Shown here: piece by piece, positions 61,669-64,000 of the stretch
Layout: every line of letters starts with the position of its first letter
Numbering within the stretch: position 1 is the first letter of the stretch
Assembly: GCA_963833095.1 (NCBI GenBank)
Contig: CAWHWQ010000005.1
Coordinates: 192,001 to 256,000 of the forward strand
Direction: 5' to 3'
Origin: Vulcanimicrobiota bacterium
GTDB taxonomy: Bacteria > Vulcanimicrobiota > Vulcanimicrobiia > Vulcanimicrobiales > Vulcanimicrobiaceae
Length of the DNA: 64,000 nt
The notes under the pieces: model-generated
Databases searched by the model: none
What the model was told of the DNA's origin: nothing
What the model saw: the letters and a program-made list of their open reading frames with translations, nothing else
Made by a program: the position numbers and the translations under genes

Positions 61669-62966
61669 ATGAGCGACGGACATCGTCATGAGTGCGGGAG
61701 CTTTTTCGGTTGTGGTGAGGAGCAGGGCCAGGGCGTGCTGCGCCAAGACCTGGTGGAGCGCTCGTACGACGCGCGGGCCGCGGACCGTCTCACCCATATG
61801 GACGAGATCGATCGCGGAACGTTCGACGGTTATTTGACGGCGCGGGGACGCTCGCGGCGCGACCTTTTGAAATCGAGCGCATTCATGGGGGTGCTCGCGG
61901 CGATCGGACCCTGGTTTGCGCGGCCGGCGATTGCCGCCGACGGGGGCGGCCCCCGTCGCGGCGCGTAGCCGAAGGCGACGGCCGCGTGCACGTGGTCGAA
62001 TGCACCGATGAAACGACCAAACTCGGGATCTACGATACGACCTTGCCGCCGATCCTCAAAATCGATTCCGGGGACGTCGTCAGTTACCGCAATACGTGGT
62101 CGCATTTCCTCAATCAATTGCAACCCGGTGTGCCGATCGAGAAACTCGCCGCGATTCGCGTCGCCAATCCAGGGCACGGTCCGCACTCCATCATCGGACC
62201 GATCTGGGTGAACGACGCGCAGCCCGGCGACGTGCTCGAGATCCGCTACCAGCGATTCGAGCCGAACAGCTGGGCCGCCGTCTTCAATAATCCAGGGGCA
62301 CTCGGGACGGGACTCCTGCCCACCGATTTCCCGCAAGGTCAAGTCAAATACGTCGATCTAGATTTGACGAACATGCGCACCGAGTTTCTCCCCAACATTC
62401 ACGTGCCTCTCAAACCCTTTCAGGGGACGCTCGGGGTCGCGCCACCCGACGGATATTTTCCACCGCTGCGACCCGGGGTCACGAATTCGGTGCCGCCCGG
62501 ACCGCACGGCGGGAACACCGACCTCAACGAGATGTCGGAAGGCTCGATCATGTACATCCCGGTGTGGAAACCGGGCGCCCTCATCTTCACCGGCGACTCG
62601 CACGCGGTGCAAGGCGACGGCGAAATCAATCTGAGCGCGCTGGAAACGGGGATGAAGGAAATGCGCATTCAGGTGGTGCTGCACAAGAATAAGAACTTCG
62701 CATGGCCGATCGCCGAAACGTCGACGCACTGGATGATCCTCGGGTTGGATAAGGATCTCAACGTGGCGATGGCCTCGGCTGCGCGCAACGCGATCAAGTT
62801 CCTCTCAACGCGCGCGAACATGACCGAGCTCGATGCTTATGCGTTGCTCAGCATCGCAGGTAACTTCCGCGTCACGCAAGTGGTCGACATCGTGCGCGGC
62901 GTGCACGCGATGATTCCGAAGAGCCTGTTTGCAGCCGACTTTAAGCCGCACATCACCGTGGTGTAG
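61669..62966 (+). CDS. Acetamidase/formamidase family protein with Tat-like leader (apparent frameshift near 61945)
   Basis: AGGAGG + ATG 61669; SRRDLLK; downstream frame has GPH..IGP, PG.HGGN.D, GDSHAVQGDGE...ALE. Confidence 0.85.
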
Positions 62967-62979
62967 TTCGATCGATATT

Positions 62980-63375
62980 TTGATGATGCTCGCGCACTAT
63001 CTCGTCGGGACGTGGAATTGCACGTATCGCGCGGGAGCAGCACACTTGACCTACACTGCCATCTACGCGCACGATCGCGGCGGTCACACCTTGCGGGAGA
63101 CGGCTTCCTGGACGGGCGGCGGCGACGAAGAGTTACTGGCGTATGATGCGCGCCACCATGCCTGGACGGCGGTCGTGTTCGAAGACCAAGGAACGACCAC
63201 GATCCTGCGCGCGAGCGGCAGCAATCCAAACAAGATCGCCTACCGCAGCATCTACCCCGACAAGAGCCTCGCCGTAACGTTCGATCGCGTCTCGGCGAGG
63301 GAGTACACGCTGCACGCAACGGTACGCTCAGGTAGCAAGACGATCACGTCCATCGATACTTGTTCGCGCCGCTAG
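62980..63375 (+). CDS. Hypothetical protein (DUF1579-like)
   Basis: LVGTWNC, YDA....W pattern. Confidence 0.55.
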   Translation: MMMLAHYLVGTWNCTYRAGAAHLTYTAIYAHDRGGHTLRETASWTGGGDEELLAYDARHHAWTAVVFEDQGTTTILRASGSNPNKIAYRSIYPDKSLAVTFDRVSAREYTLHATVRSGSKTITSIDTCSRR

Positions 63376-64000
63376 CCGCCAAAAAACTCGATGAAGTGAC
63401 GCGCCACGTCGGCCGGCTTCTCTTCGGGTAAGAAGTGGCCGCAGTCGAGTGCTTCGCCCCGCACGTCGTCGGCCCAGCCGCGCCAGATTTCGAGGAAATC
63501 CCAGGGCTTTCGCAGCCGGGATGTCCCCCAAAGGGTGAGCAGCGGAGCCGCAATTTTGCGCGTCCCGCGGTCGGCGAGATCGTTTTCCGAATCGATCGTT
63601 GCGCCGGCGCGATAGTCGGCGCAGGTCGCGGCAATTACGGCGGGATCGTGAAATGCGCGCCGGTATTCGGCCATCGCTTCGGCATTGAACGCAACGTTCG
63701 GTCCAGCCCAAGCCGGCGCCATCCGATCGAGCCACAGGTCCGGATCGGCGGCAATCATACGCGCGGGCAAATCCGAGGCCAGCGCGAGAAAGAACCAATG
63801 AAACGATCCAACGCCACTTTGACGGTCGAGCCGCTCGAAGGTCTCAATCGTCGGCACGATATCGAGCACCGCAATTTTGGTTACGCGCTGCGGATGATCG
63901 AGCGCCATACGATACGCAGCGCGTCCGCCGCGATCGTGCCCCGCCACGGCGAATCGTTCGAATCCAAGCGATGACATCGCACTGACGATCGCAGCGGCCA
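63372..64000 (-). CDS. Alpha/beta hydrolase, fluoroacetate dehalogenase-like (5' end outside the window)
   Basis: GHDRGGR, LDIVPT, HWFFL, CADYRAG, CGHFLPEE. Confidence 0.85.
   Translation of the reverse strand, partial: AAAIVSAMSSLGFERFAVAGHDRGGRAAYRMALDHPQRVTKIAVLDIVPTIETFERLDRQSGVGSFHWFFLALASDLPARMIAADPDLWLDRMAPAWAGPNVAFNAEAMAEYRRAFHDPAVIAATCADYRAGATIDSENDLADRGTRKIAAPLLTLWGTSRLRKPWDFLEIWRGWADDVRGEALDCGHFLPEEKPADVARHFIEFFGG

Overview
A GC-rich bacterial chromosome segment. Gene content (hopanoid cluster, fhaA/fhaB/rodA block, topA-trmFO-hslVU, TolC/RND, several copper-amine-oxidase-N-terminal-domain proteins) suggests a diderm Terrabacteria member such as Eremiobacterota/Vulcanimicrobiota; this is inference only. 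Contents in order: hopanoid/isoprenoid cluster (shc, hpnE/D/C, idi-2, degenerate prenyltransferase, hpnK, hpnI); cell-wall/FHA block with rsmB-fmt-def; hslUV-trmFO-topA; a divergent Lys-rich histone-like gene; a 3x69-bp structured repeat; cpdA-like, oppDF, secG and dxs; a two-component system with RND efflux; an unusual soluble chemoreceptor; a REP-like/GIY-YIG remnant; murI-amidase-GerMN; then mixed accessory genes. Conserved genes between about 15 and 28 kb carry many frameshifts that look like assembly errors. The two strongest finds are (1) a perfect 48-bp alternating pyrimidine-purine tract (Z-DNA/cruciform-prone) lying between back-to-back promoters of topA and a histone-like gene, and (2) an 883-aa cytoplasmic chemoreceptor with two signalling hairpins flanking a TRAP DctP solute-binding domain.
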